NCBI RefSeq assembly: GCF_018350175.1
Contig: NC_058368.1
Location: forward strand, 160,954,001-161,018,000
Reading direction: 5' to 3'
DNA: 64,000 bases
Origin: Felis catus
Lineage: Eukaryota
Below, in pieces: positions 26,408 through 38,919 of this stretch (the stretch's first letter is position 1; every line of letters begins with the position of its first letter). The position numbers were made by a program, and so were the translations under genes. Below the pieces are notes generated by a model that saw only the letters and a list, made by a program, of their open reading frames with translations, had not been told where the DNA came from and did no database searches.

Positions 26408-27077
26408 TGTTCAGTGAAATACAATTAAAAACAAAATCTCCCAACCTAGAAAACCTCTCTACAAAGGTAGATGGTAAAGAAACAATTATTAAGTGTTAAA
26501 CCAGAACATGATGTGCAGTAAGAGACTGCAGAGATAGAAAAAAAAAAAATCTCACCCTTTTATACAGCCAAGCAGATATAACCTATTCTATACATTGTCT
26601 CAAAGTAAATAACTAGTCCTTAAATAAGAAGACTTGACAGCATGGTTTGTCATATGTTATTCATTCTCAGTTCACTTAGTAGTTGAAGTGACTATCTGTT
26701 AGCCAAGAGCCCTTACCCAAAATAAAAATAAACTACTCCTATTTTTACTATGAGAGGTAGTTTTGCAATTCGGAGTAAGGCAACCGAAGAAGTTAGGCTC
26801 CGACCCTCCAACAGAAAGTGGCAGTTAGGGACTCCAACTTTCTTAATGATTATGTTTTAAAGATATAGTTCCCAAGCTCTTGAGAAAGACATTCGAAGAT
26901 CATAATTCTGACGAAAGGCTTACTGAGCTCTAAAAAGACTTACATACATTTCAATGAGACAGAGAAAGAATATTTTCTAATGTAATACTCTAGGAAAAGG
27001 GAGAAATCTGGAATCTCTTCCCTTATTTTCAACAGGGAGAATTAACCTCTTATTTTTAATTTGCATTTGCCCTTACA
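26408..27077 (-). mobile_element. ERV1-class solo LTR (MER34-like)
   Basis: Minus strand starts TGTAAGGGCAAATGCAAATTAAAAATAAGAGGTTAATTCTCCCTGTTGAAAAT and ends ...CTGAACA; flanks ATGG/ATAG fit a degenerate 4-bp TSD. Confidence 0.75.
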
Positions 27078-27099
27078 ATAGTGAAAGGGATTTTGTGGG

Positions 27100-27530
27100 G
27101 TTTTTTTTAAGTTTATTTATTTATTTTGAGAGAGAGAGAGAGAGTGTGAGTGGGGGAGGGAGAGAGAGAGGGAGAGAAAGAGACTCCTAGGCAGGTCCTC
27201 CATCGGCACAGGGCTTGAAGTCACTAACCTTGAGATCATGACCTGAGCTGAAACCAAGAGTCAGTTTTTTTTTTTTTATTTTTTTTTTCAATGTTTATTT
27301 ATTTTTGGGACAGAGAGAGACAGAGCATGAACGGGGGAGGGGCAGAGAGAGAGGGAGACACAGAATCGGAAACAGGCTCCAGGCTCTGAGCCATCAGTCC
27401 AGAGCCTGACGCGGGGCTCGAACCCACGGACCGCGAGATCGTGACCTGGCTGAAGTCGGACGCTTAACCCACTGCGCCACCCAGGCGCCCCGAGTCAGAT
27501 GTTTTAATGACTGACCTACCCAGGCACCCC
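27100..27530 (-). mobile_element. Older CanSINE split by a nested younger SINE
   Basis: Body at 27100-27264; head resumes at 27492-27530. Confidence 0.88.
27265..27491 (-). mobile_element. Young SINEC_Fc nested in an older CanSINE
   Basis: Canonical sequence; duplicated GAGTCAG at 27258-27264 and 27492-27498. Confidence 0.95.
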
Positions 27531-27751
27531 ATGAACAAGATTTTGAGTTGTTTGATGCCAAGTCCATAAGAGTTATGTAGTACATGACACTTTACTCTAA
27601 CTCAAGAAGGTGACTGTATAAAGGTAGTTGTTGAATAGGCCGTGATGCTGCTGCACTTTAAAATCATCTGCTGCTGATTTCATGGTACCAAGATGCAGGA
27701 GGAGCCCATGCAACTGGACCCATATTGGTCTGCGAAGATTTGTGATGGAAG

Positions 27752-27765
27752 GTTGCCATGCCAAC
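27752..27765. promoter_or_regulatory. RFX X-box-like motif
   Basis: GTTGCCATGCCAAC, 13/14 match to GTTGCCATGGCAAC. Confidence 0.35.
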
Positions 27766-27849
27766 TTTCTACTACACACCTTATTTTTCTTATCCTCCAC
27801 ATTTTTCTCCAGAAATAAGGTGGAGTGTATTCTCATCTGTGTTTATTTT

Positions 27850-28060
27850 ATGTTTTTAATGTTTATTTATTTCTGAGACACAGAGAGACAGAGCATGAGC
27901 AGGGGAGGGGAAGAGAGAGAGGGAGACACAGAACCTGAAGCAGGCTCCAGGCTCCGAGCTGTCAGCACAGAGTCCAGTGCGGGGCTCGAACTCACAGACG
28001 GCGAGATCATGACCTGAGCCAAAGTCAGACACTCAACCGACTGAGCCACCCAGGCGCCCC
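27850..28060 (-). mobile_element. Feline CanSINE
   Basis: Canonical sequence; TSD TCATCTGTG(T/A)TTATTTT. Confidence 0.96.
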
Positions 28061-29159
28061 TCATCTGTGATTATTTTGAAAGCATCTTACTCTACTAAAA
28101 AAGCAGAAGCTAGAATCTTAACACTTATCCTGAAAAATAACAATTTTCCCTAATTCTTCTTCCGAATGACAATCGTTCATTTTAGTCTTATTTGAAATAG
28201 ACATCTTTTGAAAATTAAGGACTTATATTTTTGCTAATATTAATAGGGATGTGGATAATATGGTATTGTAATAAGGTGAAAATTCCATACAAAATTCACA
28301 CTGATCTTCTAGAAGGTTTAAAATTTCTTTGTAAGTTACCAAGGACCCACAATCAGTCAGACTATAGTCATAGATTAAAACCTACAATTAGAGAAGGGTA
28401 AGTGAAAGCGTTGATTTTACTAAAGATAGACACTATTTTGGATTGTTAATTTAATGATACCAGGCAGAACAGTGTGCTGTTAGTGCACAGGTAACACTGA
28501 TGGCTGGCAGAAGTTTCTCAAAATACAATGAACATTTGTAGTACAAAAATGCATTAACCTTTAGCTATTGACAGGCTAGACCAGAATTTTATTCTAAACT
28601 GAAACAATTTAATACATTTATTTTTTTAAATAAAGTTGTTTCGTATAACCTGTCTTCTATTTCAGGCCTTACATTATTTTAATAAAACGGTTTATTGAAA
28701 ATTTTTAAACTCTCACACAACAGCAGTAGAGTCAGAATATGTAACTAACATCCCAAGAGCCTGATTAAACATTATTCCAAACCTCAGAATGGTACACAAA
28801 GATAGGGTAATGTCACAGGTGCTAGGAAGGCATTATACTATCTCCCACACACTTTGGGGGCTCTTAGATAACTAGCGATTCTGTTCAAGTTCTTCAAAAC
28901 AAAATTACCTGATGGACATTTAGATCTAAGCTCGCTCCTTTTAAAGCTGAACTAATTATAAAATTCCCCATAGAAAGGAAATAAATTTCACTACCTTTTA
29001 GAGTCTCCCTGGCTATTCAGTATGGCTATATTTGAGGTTTGGGGCTGGCTTCTAACTAGTCAGTTATGGTTCACTTATCAATACTTCATTCCTCACTTCT
29101 TCCTCCTATCAGATTATTTTGCCATCTATGCTGATCTTTTGCACTAGAAGTGCAATGAA

Positions 29160-29541
29160 TACTTTTATTATGGTGAATTTCAACTGCATATATCATGTAG
29201 ATCTATTGGCATAATGAAACCCCATCACTCAGATACAGTCACTATTACCTACTTGTACTGTATGTGTAGCCATTATCTGAAGTAAGTCTTAGACATCATT
29301 ACCAGTTAACCTTCAAATATTTCAAATATCACCAAAAGATAAGGACTTTTTTCAACATGACAAGACAATCAATACACACATAAGACTTAATATTATCAAA
29401 TAATAGGGGCACCTGGGTGGCTCAGTCAGTTAAGCACCTGATTCTTGATTTCGGCTCAGGTCATGATCTTACAGTTTGTGAGTTTGAGCTCTGCTTTGGG
29501 CTCAATGATGACAGTGTGGAGCCTGCTTGGGATTCTCTCTC

Positions 29542-29605
<64 letters not shown>

Positions 29606-29880
29606 CTTAAAAAAAGATCAAATATTAATGGGCTCAACTATCCAATTCCAAAGGAAGTCCCATTGTTATTGTTTTTTTCACAGTTTGCTTGAATCACGAT
29701 CTAAATGATTTTACATGTTATGATTGATTTACATATATCTTATATTTATTTTAATCTGTGTTTTTCTACTGTCTATCTATTTTTTTCCTTACGGTCAATT
29801 TGATAAAGAAGTCAGGGCAGTTGTCCTACATAAAGTCTCTCTATGAAGATCTCTACTTACTACATCCATACAGCATATGA
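29160..29880 (-). mobile_element. Ancient L1 3'UTR relic (L1MC/L1ME-like), interrupted by a SINE
   Basis: TTGAATCACGATCTAAAT...GAAGTCAGGGCAGTTGTCCT and AAGATAAGGACT motifs; heavily diverged. Confidence 0.55.
29406..29616 (+). mobile_element. CanSINE with long (CT)n
   Basis: GGGGCACCTGGGTGGCTCAGTCAG head; TSD ATCAAATA(A/T)TA. Confidence 0.94.
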
Positions 29881-30504
29881 CTCCATCTTCTATATGTCAG
29901 ACTCAACTCTAATTCATTGTTTATGCTGAGTTTTTCCATAAATAAGTAGGAGAAGATTTGTTACCCCTAAAAGACTTATGAAGCTATATGTATCATTACA
30001 AAACAAACACATGACTTGAATGAAACTGTTAGAAAGATGATTTCTTCTAAAAATGATGGAAATAAAATCTCTTTTATGGAAGCAATTAAGTAAGCTTCTA
30101 GATTCTTTTCTTCTGAAAAAATTATTACTAAGAGAGAGTAACTGTTAAGAATCAGGACAAGAAGAAATCCACCCTTTGTTCCTATAGTCTCCAGTTGGTG
30201 TTTTATCCAATTTTATTCACAATTTTCTTGCCTGATGAATCAATCCATGTTTCCATAAAGCCTCAAGATAAGCCATAGAGCAGTTGAGTGTAATTCTCTG
30301 AGGCTTAATAATTACAGTGTTTCTTCATGAGTAATGACTATATTTCACCAGAGAACCTTCCCGCTTGTAGTTTAGATGGATTACCCATTGCTGATTCCAA
30401 AAGAAAAGAAAAATAGAACCTCATTTCTTCAGGAATACATAGTCTGCAGATAGGTTAAACTCAGCAAATAATGTTATTCTTGTGTTTTATGTTCTGTTTT
30501 TGTT

Positions 30505-30726
30505 TTTTTTTTAATTTTTTTAATGTTTATTAATTTTTGAGAGACAGAGAGAGACAGAGCATGAGCGGGGAAGGGGCAGAGAGAGAGGGAGACACAGAAT
30601 CCGAAGCAAGCTCCAGGCTCTGAGCTGTCAGCACAGAGCCCGACTCGGGGCTCGAACTCAAGAACTGTGAGATCATGACCTGAGCCAAAGTCAGGCGCTC
30701 AACCGACTGAGCCACCCAGGTGCCCC
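30505..30726 (-). mobile_element. Feline CanSINE
   Basis: Canonical reverse complement; TGTTTTTGTTTTTT on both flanks. Confidence 0.95.
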
Positions 30727-30754
30727 TTGTTTTTGTTTTTTATGTTGTCTTGGC

Positions 30755-31149
30755 TGTAAGCTGTTCTTGGTCTTAAGCAACTAAGTTTACACTCTAAACA
30801 CCTCCCTTATCAGGCTCTTATACTCAAAGAGCCATTATTCACCAGTCCTATGTGCCCAGGGCCAGGTATCAGACAAGGAAGGACTTATCCTTATCCCCAG
30901 GAGCCTGCAAAATTATTCAAATTAGCTATTTACCAGAAAGCCTGGGAAACTTTGCTAACCCAACCCCTTGTTATATATAAGTTACCTTCTGAAGTTCCAG
31001 TTTTCTGTTATACCCTGTTCCTGTGTGTGGCCCTGTCTGGCAGCATTCTCTGGTTTGAAACTTTAGGAAACAAAGAGTTCTGCCCTTCATTTATCAGAGC
31101 ACCACTATGTTTTGTCCCACCATCCAAAGAATCCTTAAATCTTATAACA
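30755..31149 (+). mobile_element. ERVL-class solo LTR (MER54/73/74-like)
   Basis: TGTAAG...ATAACA termini; GGGCCAGGTATCAGACAA...AAATTATTCAAATTAGC motif; TATA-like TATATAA at about 30974. Confidence 0.6.
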
Positions 31150-31467
31150 CTGAGTCAATTCCCATTTTTCTAATCTGATGCTTTCAGTTCTGGAAAATAA
31201 GGATAATAATTTATTACATCATAAAGTCATGTCTGATGAAAAGTTAGAAAAACACAAGGAGAAATAAACATGGCATACAAGAAATATAAACTAATCAACA
31301 CATGAGAAATGTCTTAATATTGCTCTTGTCAGGCTACTATTTTAAAGAAACTAAATCAATATGATGTATTATAGTAGCAAAACACATTTTAAGCTAACTG
31401 AATATTTTCTTAAGATACTATTTATATTACTTGGTGACATGAAGAAATCTAATTTTTAATTAAAAAA

Positions 31468-31549
31468 AATTTTAAGTTTCTATTTTAACTCCAGTTAGTT
31501 AATATACACTGTTATATTAATTTCAGGTATACGATATAGTCATCCAACA
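31468..31549 (-). mobile_element. Short carnivore L1 3'-terminal fragment
   Basis: CCAGTTAGTTAATATACACTGTTATATTAATTTCAGGT resembles the reverse complement of the L1 end at about 8500-8550. Confidence 0.65.
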
Positions 31550-31565
31550 GAAATATATACTTTTT

Positions 31566-32434
31566 AAAACAAATAACCCAGTGAAGAAATGGGCAGAAAA
31601 CATGAATAGACACTTCTCTAAAGAAGACATCCGGATGGCCAACAGGCACATGAAAAGATGTTCAGTGTCGTTCCTTATCAGGGAAATACAAATCAAAACC
31701 ACACTCAGGTATCACCTCACGCCAGTCAGAGTGGCCAAAATGAACAAATCAGGAGACTATAGATGCTGGAGAGGATGTGGAGAAACGGGAACCCTCTTGC
31801 ACTGTTGGTGGGAATGCAAATTGGTGCAGCCGCTCTGGAAAGCAGTGTGGAGGTTCCTCAGAAAATTAAAAATAGACCTACCCTATGACCCAGCAATAGC
31901 ACTGCTAGGAATTTATCCAAGGGATACAGGAGTACTGATGCATAGGGCCACTTGTACCCCAATGTTCATAGCAGCACTCTCAACAATAGCCAACTTATGG
32001 AAAGAGCCTAAATGTCCATCAACTGATGAATGGATAAAGAAATTGTGGTTTATATACACAATGGAATATTACGTGGCAATGAGAAAAAATGAAATATGGC
32101 CTTTTGTAGCAACGTGGATGGAACTGGAGAGTGTGATGCTAAGTGAAATAAGCCATACAGAGAAAGACAGATACCATATGGTTTCACTCTTATGTGGACC
32201 CTGAGAAACTTAACAGGAACCCATGGGGGAGGGGCAGGAGAAAAAAAAAAAACAGGTTAGAGTGGGAGAGAGCCAAAGCATAAGAGACTGTTAAAAACTG
32301 AGAACAAACTGAGGGTTGATGGGGGGTGGGAGGGAGGAGAGGGTGGGTGATGGGTATTGAGGAGGGCACCTTTTGGGATGAGCACTGGGTGTTGTATGGA
32401 AACCAATTTCTCAATAAATTTCATATATATAAAA

Positions 32435-32477
<43 letters not shown>
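31566..32477 (+). mobile_element. Young 5'-truncated feline L1 (same subfamily as 43067-49092)
   Basis: Intact 207-aa ORF2 C-terminus (31581-32204); near-identical to about 48120-48985; (TAAA)n tail. Confidence 0.97.
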
Positions 32478-32478
<1 letters not shown>

Positions 32479-32929
32479 ATTTACTATGTTACATAGCTAC
32501 CTTAAAAAAATAAAATAAAACAAAGTCAAATGATAGTCTTTATGTAGGGAAATAATATAAATTAAACAAAGATAAATGGATTATAAATATATTTCCATGC
32601 ATGTGGATAGATTAAGACAACTTTTCTCAGTAATATTAATAGGTTAAATAGAGAAGTTGTAAGTTTTTCCTAGTTAGTTTCCATGAGTTTTTAAAACTGG
32701 GTCAAGAGAAATGTGCATTTGATAACTACAAGAATTTTCCTCCAAATATCAATTACATGCACACTAACTGGATACAAGAAAGCACATATATATCACAGTT
32801 TTAATAACAATGAACTTTGTTACTTTCTTAAGAACACAAGGAGCTTTACCCTGATAGCCTCTAATAAGTTTGAGCATATTTTCATCTACTTATCAGACAG
32901 CTGCACTTAATCACATCCAACTCCTTACC

Positions 32930-33670
32930 TTGCACTTTCACAGCCCTGTTTCCTCCAGTCCCCATGTTTATAAGCAATTCCAAGTCATGTAACTTTTCTT
33001 CTAAACTCATCTGACTCCAACTCTCTAGCAACATTCTAGCAGCTCCTAGACTGTGACAAGCACTCTTTCCACCAGAAAGCAATTTTACTTACCTTTTTCC
33101 CTAGGACTGTACTCAACTCCCACAGCCACAGCCCCAATTCTTTGAAAGCTATTCCTTTTGATCCTCTTAATCTCCCTCTAACCTATTATCTGCTATCACA
33201 GCACCCTGTTCATTTCCTTCACAGATTTCATGAGACATGCTATTGTTTAATTGTTCACTACCTATATATGTGACTAGTCTCTATTTAAAATAATAGTTTT
33301 TGGATAATTCCACTTGCACAGGCAGCCATCTGATTTATTTCTCTTAATGTGTCAAAGCGAGGTCAATACAATAGAACTTTCCTGAATCACCTCTACATTG
33401 CTGTTTGAGACATACTTACATATAGCCTTCTCTTCAACACTGCTGGACTAACTTCAGTTTCTCTGTTTTGCTCAGAAAGTCCTCACTACAGCCCTGCTAA
33501 TCCTGCATCAAATCAGCTCAGTTACTGTCTAAACCGTCTTTATCCTCTGCTTGCAGAACAGCCAGTGGATATCACATTCCGATAGATTACTAAATAGTGA
33601 CCTCATTGAAAGCAGGGACTCTATAGCTACTATACCATAAATTAATAGCATCTGTTGAATAATAAGTGAT
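32930..33670 (+). mobile_element. L2 relic(s)
   Basis: Pyrimidine-rich L2-like stretch ending ...TTGAAAGCAGGGAC...TGTTGAATAATAAGTGA. Confidence 0.45.
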
Positions 33671-35172
33671 CAATAATCGTGTACCTAATCAGTTAAGAGC
33701 ATTCTGAAATCTTGAGGAACTAATATTACATAAACTACAGAAAATTCTTGACAAATGCCACAAATTTAAATAAGCAATTAATATTAGGAATTCTAGGAAT
33801 GTGATCAGATTCACTAGGTGCTGTGGTAGACTAGAGGAATATTCTTGATCAGAATGTTATGCATTAAGAAACAAATAAAATAATTAGACTAGTGTGTGAT
33901 TAAAAACAGCATCACATACATCAAAGCAGGAAAGGAAGACCAAATCTGAGCAGAAATAGACAAGGCAATTCTCTTAGGTATACATTTGGTCATGAAATGT
34001 AATCAGTTGCTTAGAAATGATTCAAAGGTAATATAAAACCTAAAGAAAACTATTAGTATTTATGTATTTTTTCATCTCTAAATTTAAATGTTTAGTAAAC
34101 CAACAATAATTTTCATTCAGTAACATGAATTCAACTATCCTCAGCTAATTCTTATTTTACCTACTATTTTCCAAGTTAAACAAATATATCTTTATTCAAA
34201 ATGACAGTTGTTAAGACTGTTGCTTCATCTAGACTTTTTTCAGTCTAGGGGAAAAAAAATGAAAGAGAGAAAGAGAATTCCTCAACACCTAAGTGATCAT
34301 TAATGTATAATGCATATGTAATGTGTAAGTGAATTCAATAGTGAATAATTTCTTGTACAATTTAGGGCTAGATTTTTAAGACATACTGAAATATTGGGCT
34401 TACGGTAATTATAATTTGTAAAATTTTATTAGGGAAACCACTTGGTTTTTACCACAAAATTCAATATATGCCCTGATTTGTCTTTTGAGTTTTGAATACT
34501 TTTCTTAACATCAAATATGAACCACAGACACTCGACATATAGATTTCTTTCTGTCATTTTCCCCTCCCCATGTATGCCTGCTGTCATGATTGTACTGTTT
34601 TGATAGCAAACATAAGAACTGTTGTCTGGACTTAATTTCTTAATTTATGTTTTCATTTTGAATTCATTCACATAGAAAATATTTTACCTGTGTCTAATTT
34701 ATTATAATTTATTTAATTGTACAAAAATATTTGATTTTTATTAAAATCTTATGTGGCAGTAACATCTTATTGGTAATAATAATATGTGATGCTATTGGTA
34801 ATGTGTACTTACATATAAATGTGATGTGTTTATCATAAAGGAAATTTTAAGGCTGGAAAGTTTCATAAATTAGTTTCAGTTTATAGGTAATAAATAGTTT
34901 CTTTATACCTTGATGTATGTAGGTTACTAAAAAGTCAAATATAGGAGATAGTATAAAACTTTGGAATAAACATGAATAATTGCCTTGTGATCAATTAGGC
35001 TTATGATGGTACACCTAGCACCAAAATCATCCTTTCTAAATCCTTTCATTAAAAACATATTATTTCTTAAACTGGAAAGATACAATAAATTGAACATAAT
35101 GGGGTGACAAACTTTCATTTCATTTTTCTTTCTCTACTTCTTAACTATGTTTCTATTTTAAGACTGGTTCAT

Positions 35173-35388
35173 GGGGCGCCTGGGTGGCGCAGTCGGTTAA
35201 GCGTCCGACTTCAACCAGGTCACGATCTCGCGGTCCGTGAGTTCGAGCCCCGCGTCAGGCTTTGGGCTGATGGCTCAGAGCCTGGAGCTTGTTTCCGATT
35301 CTGTGTCTCCCTCTCTCTCTGCCCCTCCCCCGTTCATGCTCTGTCTCTCTCTGTCCCAAAAATAAATAAATGTTGGAAAAAAAAAATT
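35173..35388 (+). mobile_element. Young SINEC_Fc
   Basis: Canonical sequence; TSD TTAAG(A/T)CTGGTTCA. Confidence 0.96.
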
Positions 35389-35459
35389 TAAGTCTGGTTC
35401 AAAAAGTTGACATCTACGACATTCGCTAAATGAAACTCCTTTTGATTTTTTTAAAGTCT

Positions 35460-35680
35460 TTTAATTTAAAATTTTTTAATTTTTTTTTTTTTTTGAGAGA
35501 GAGCAACAGAAATGGCGTGGTGGGGGAGGGGCCAAGGGAGAGGAGAGAGAGAATCCCAAACAAGCTCCGCACTGTCAGCACAGAGCCCGACATGGGGCTC
35601 GAACTCACAAAACTGTGAGATCATGACCTGAGCTGAGATTAAGAGTGGGGTGCTTAACCGACTGAGCCACCCAGGTGCCC
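35460..35680 (-). mobile_element. Older CanSINE
   Basis: GAGAGAATCCCAAACAAGCTCCGCACTGTCAGC...GCCACCCAGGTGCCCC. Confidence 0.93.
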
Positions 35681-36384
35681 CAACATTCCTTATGATTTTA
35701 AAGTAACTTAGTATTCAATAAAACAGCTGAAAAAACTCCCACTAGAAATGACACAAAATAAACATATAAAAATTTGTTGAACTTCACAGACCTGTTGGAG
35801 TACTAGCTTGGCCGGCCTAAGTTAGTACTCAGCCCCATAAGGAGACTTCTTCTCCCATTAAAAGCACATTCCTCTCTCCTGAACCGAGTTGCAATGATCC
35901 ATAGAGTGGAATAGCTGTTTGCCTTTCAAAGTGAACATTTCTTCCTGATTTTACAGTTTTATATATATAAACTTTATACAACTTGATGTATATATATCTA
36001 ATTTAACACAGGGTAAGATTAAATAACTTAAAGTATACCCATATGACAGAATAGTATGCAGAATTGGGAAAACACATTTCCGTAAATTCAAAAAGTACTT
36101 CTAGATGTCTATAGTACATGAAAAAATAATATAAATCTTATTTGTATTAAAATACCCACAACTGATATTGGTTATTATTCTGAATAATTTCTGAATTATT
36201 CGGTATAACTTCTGAAGTGAAATTTCATTTTAATCTCATTTTCCATGCTTCTTGAGTACTTTTTAATATTCCCTTAAAATATTTATACATTTTTATACAT
36301 ACATTTAAATATGGGAATATGCCATTCAAGCTGAAACTAGGGCAAGAGTCCCAAGGATTTTTATGTTCATTTATTTAACAAACG

Positions 36385-36590
36385 ACACAAATAGCAGTTA
36401 CCACAGACACAGTTTTAGTCAAAGAGCTTTACTCCTTTAATTGTCCTAACAAACTATAAGATAGCTACTATCATGGTCACTGCCACTGATGACAACAGGG
36501 AGATACAGGAGAGTGAAATTTGTTGGTGGCAGTTTCAGATTTCAAATTTGGGTAGTCTGGATCTGGAGTCCAAAACTTGATCACATGATA
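36385..36590 (-). mobile_element. MIR relic
   Basis: GATTTCAAATTTGGGTAGTCTGG..GGAGTCC and TCCTAACAAACTATAAG motifs. Confidence 0.55.
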
Positions 36591-38919
36591 CCTTATAATA
36601 TGATAAGAAAAAAAAAACACAATATAGCTAATTCAGAGTGACAAGTCGGTATGTGCCAGTCAAGGTCACAATGTAGAATGTCATAGTGGGAGTCCATTTA
36701 TCTTATAGATGTAGATAGAATATAGATATAGATAAAGGTATAGATACAAATATAATATAGGTATAGAGATCTCTAATAACAAGAAGCTTGGATTTGAGTT
36801 ATTCCTAAATTTAGTCTCTGTTTTGTTCTGATAATAAAGCAGGATGAAGACTATTGATTGAATTCAGAAGCGTTTTCCTCAGCAAAGGACAAGATCCCAC
36901 AAAGAGGGAAAACAATAGCATTAAAATAACAAGTATACTAATAATGAATGTGTACATTCCATCAAACTTCACAAATATACCAAAATGTTTCAAACTATAT
37001 GACAAATGTAAATTTCTAGAATCAGATATACCTGCTTTTAAATATTCAGTAAAGTTAAATGAAGAGTTTTTTCTCTGTGCTTTTCCAACTGCCTCAGAAG
37101 CAGTGAAGTTTAATTATTCTTCCCTGATGTTCAGTTAATTCTAATCTAGAGTCTCTCCTTACATTGTTCTTGAAACACTTTCTGCTTCTTTGTTGAATTC
37201 TTGGAATTTGGGCCTGACTTTCCATAGTTAACAACTTGATGTTACATAAAAAAATTAAACATCAACAGTGAATTAAACATTAACATAATGAAAAAAAGAC
37301 AGTCAATGAATATAGTCATTTGTCATGGTAAACATTTTGAATACCAACTAGATGGATTCAAGAAGTTGATGATGTATTATAGTGCGGCAAACTTATAGTT
37401 TGGAGATTACAGTATTCTTTTCCCTTTTAAGGTAAGAAGACTCAGTTTAAATGCTAACTGTTACCATTGTCTGGTTAGGTGTCTGTGTAGAACTTACCTA
37501 AATCTGTGACAATGGGACACTAGTGAAATATGAAGCAAACCCAAGCCCATTCAACTGCCTGATAATTTCATTTTTTAAGAACTAGGTAAATATGTTCACA
37601 TAAACGAAGATGTGTGTGAGAATTGGAAAACTTTAGGAGATAACTTCAGAATCTTTTTCTTAATGTGAAAATTAAATATAGGAAAAGAAAAGACCTCATT
37701 AATTAAATTAACAATTTCATTCCCTAAATGAAAACGTAGTTTGTTCTATAAGAAGTATTTTGTAGCCATTCAAACATTTAAATTTATTCATCTGTTTGTA
37801 ACATAAAATATGCAAAATTATACAGGCTAAAAACTCAACAAGTAACAGAAAACTGCTTTTATTTTTGCAATTTCAGAAAACAGTTCAAATAGCTGTACAT
37901 TATGTGATCAACACCAACTAAATGACTGTAGTCATAGCTCTGTTCCATTTTGTTCTAAACTTTCTTTTTAAAAATGATCTAAGGAAGGAAACTTAAATAA
38001 GGTGGAAATTGAAGTTTATCACTTCTTCATGCTTAACTTTCAATGATGATAGTAACTTTGGATGTAAAAAAATAAAATTAAAGGTATTTTCTTTCACAGA
38101 TAGTTTTAAAAGCAGGGAGAAATAACAAACATCACTTCAGCTGTTAAGTTAGTAAACATAAATATTGAATCAGATGCTATAATAATTGCTATGAGTTTTG
38201 TTCACCCATTTTCTCTGAACTTATCTTCTAACAGAACATAAATGTAAGATCACAATGGAGCCTTCAGTTTTTGGCCACATGTCATGTAGTTATCAATAGC
38301 AACAATTTAGAGAAATATCCAGAAGCCAAAAATCACATGCAAACAGGGAAGAAATCAAGCATGTGCAGGTGGTGGCCACCAAGGAACATGTATTAAATCC
38401 CACTTGCCTAGATTTTCCTTTGTAACAAAACACAGAAAGGAGGCGGCACAAGTGGGGCCCAAACAAACCGAGAAATCAAAACCAAGAGAATCTTCATAAA
38501 GGTGGGTTCTCCCAGAAAATTGATTGCAGCAACTAGAAGAAAGCTCACCGAAACAGGGAGGAAGGTGATAAAATATGCCTATGCCTATTGTGGCCATCAT
38601 ACTTGCAGGATAGGAACACAAGAGAATGTCCTCAGAATCTATCATCAGAAACCAGCCTTCAAATGGGCACATGCCTAAAATTCCTAAGATCTGTGTGATG
38701 TTAAACTCCTCCCGCCCTTACTTTGGGCCAAGGACTTAGTGTAAACTGATTTTCCTCAGGTAAATATTTATGGAAACAAATGCAAATTATCTATCTAGCA
38801 ATGACTTTTAATCCAGGCCTCATTATATTCCTATAAAATGCAAAAACAAGAATCTCTATTCTCTCCTTTTTCCCTCTTCATTTCATACAAACACAGATAT
38901 AAACTCATGGAAACGAGAC

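Noticed and set aside
28336..28397. Possible + strand exon ending AGG|GTAAGT (LPRTHNQSDYSHRLKPTIRE)
   Set aside because: Weak AAG acceptor, 62 nt (not frame-preserving), unrecognised peptide; likely chance.
30850..31173. 107-aa ORF
   Set aside because: It lies within a solo LTR and has no recognisable domain.
31581..32204. 207-aa intact ORF as a gene
   Set aside because: It is the C-terminus of L1 ORF2 in a promoterless truncated copy; being intact reflects recent insertion.
36171..36210. Inverted repeat GAATAATT/AATTATTC
   Set aside because: Short and AT-rich; expected by chance.
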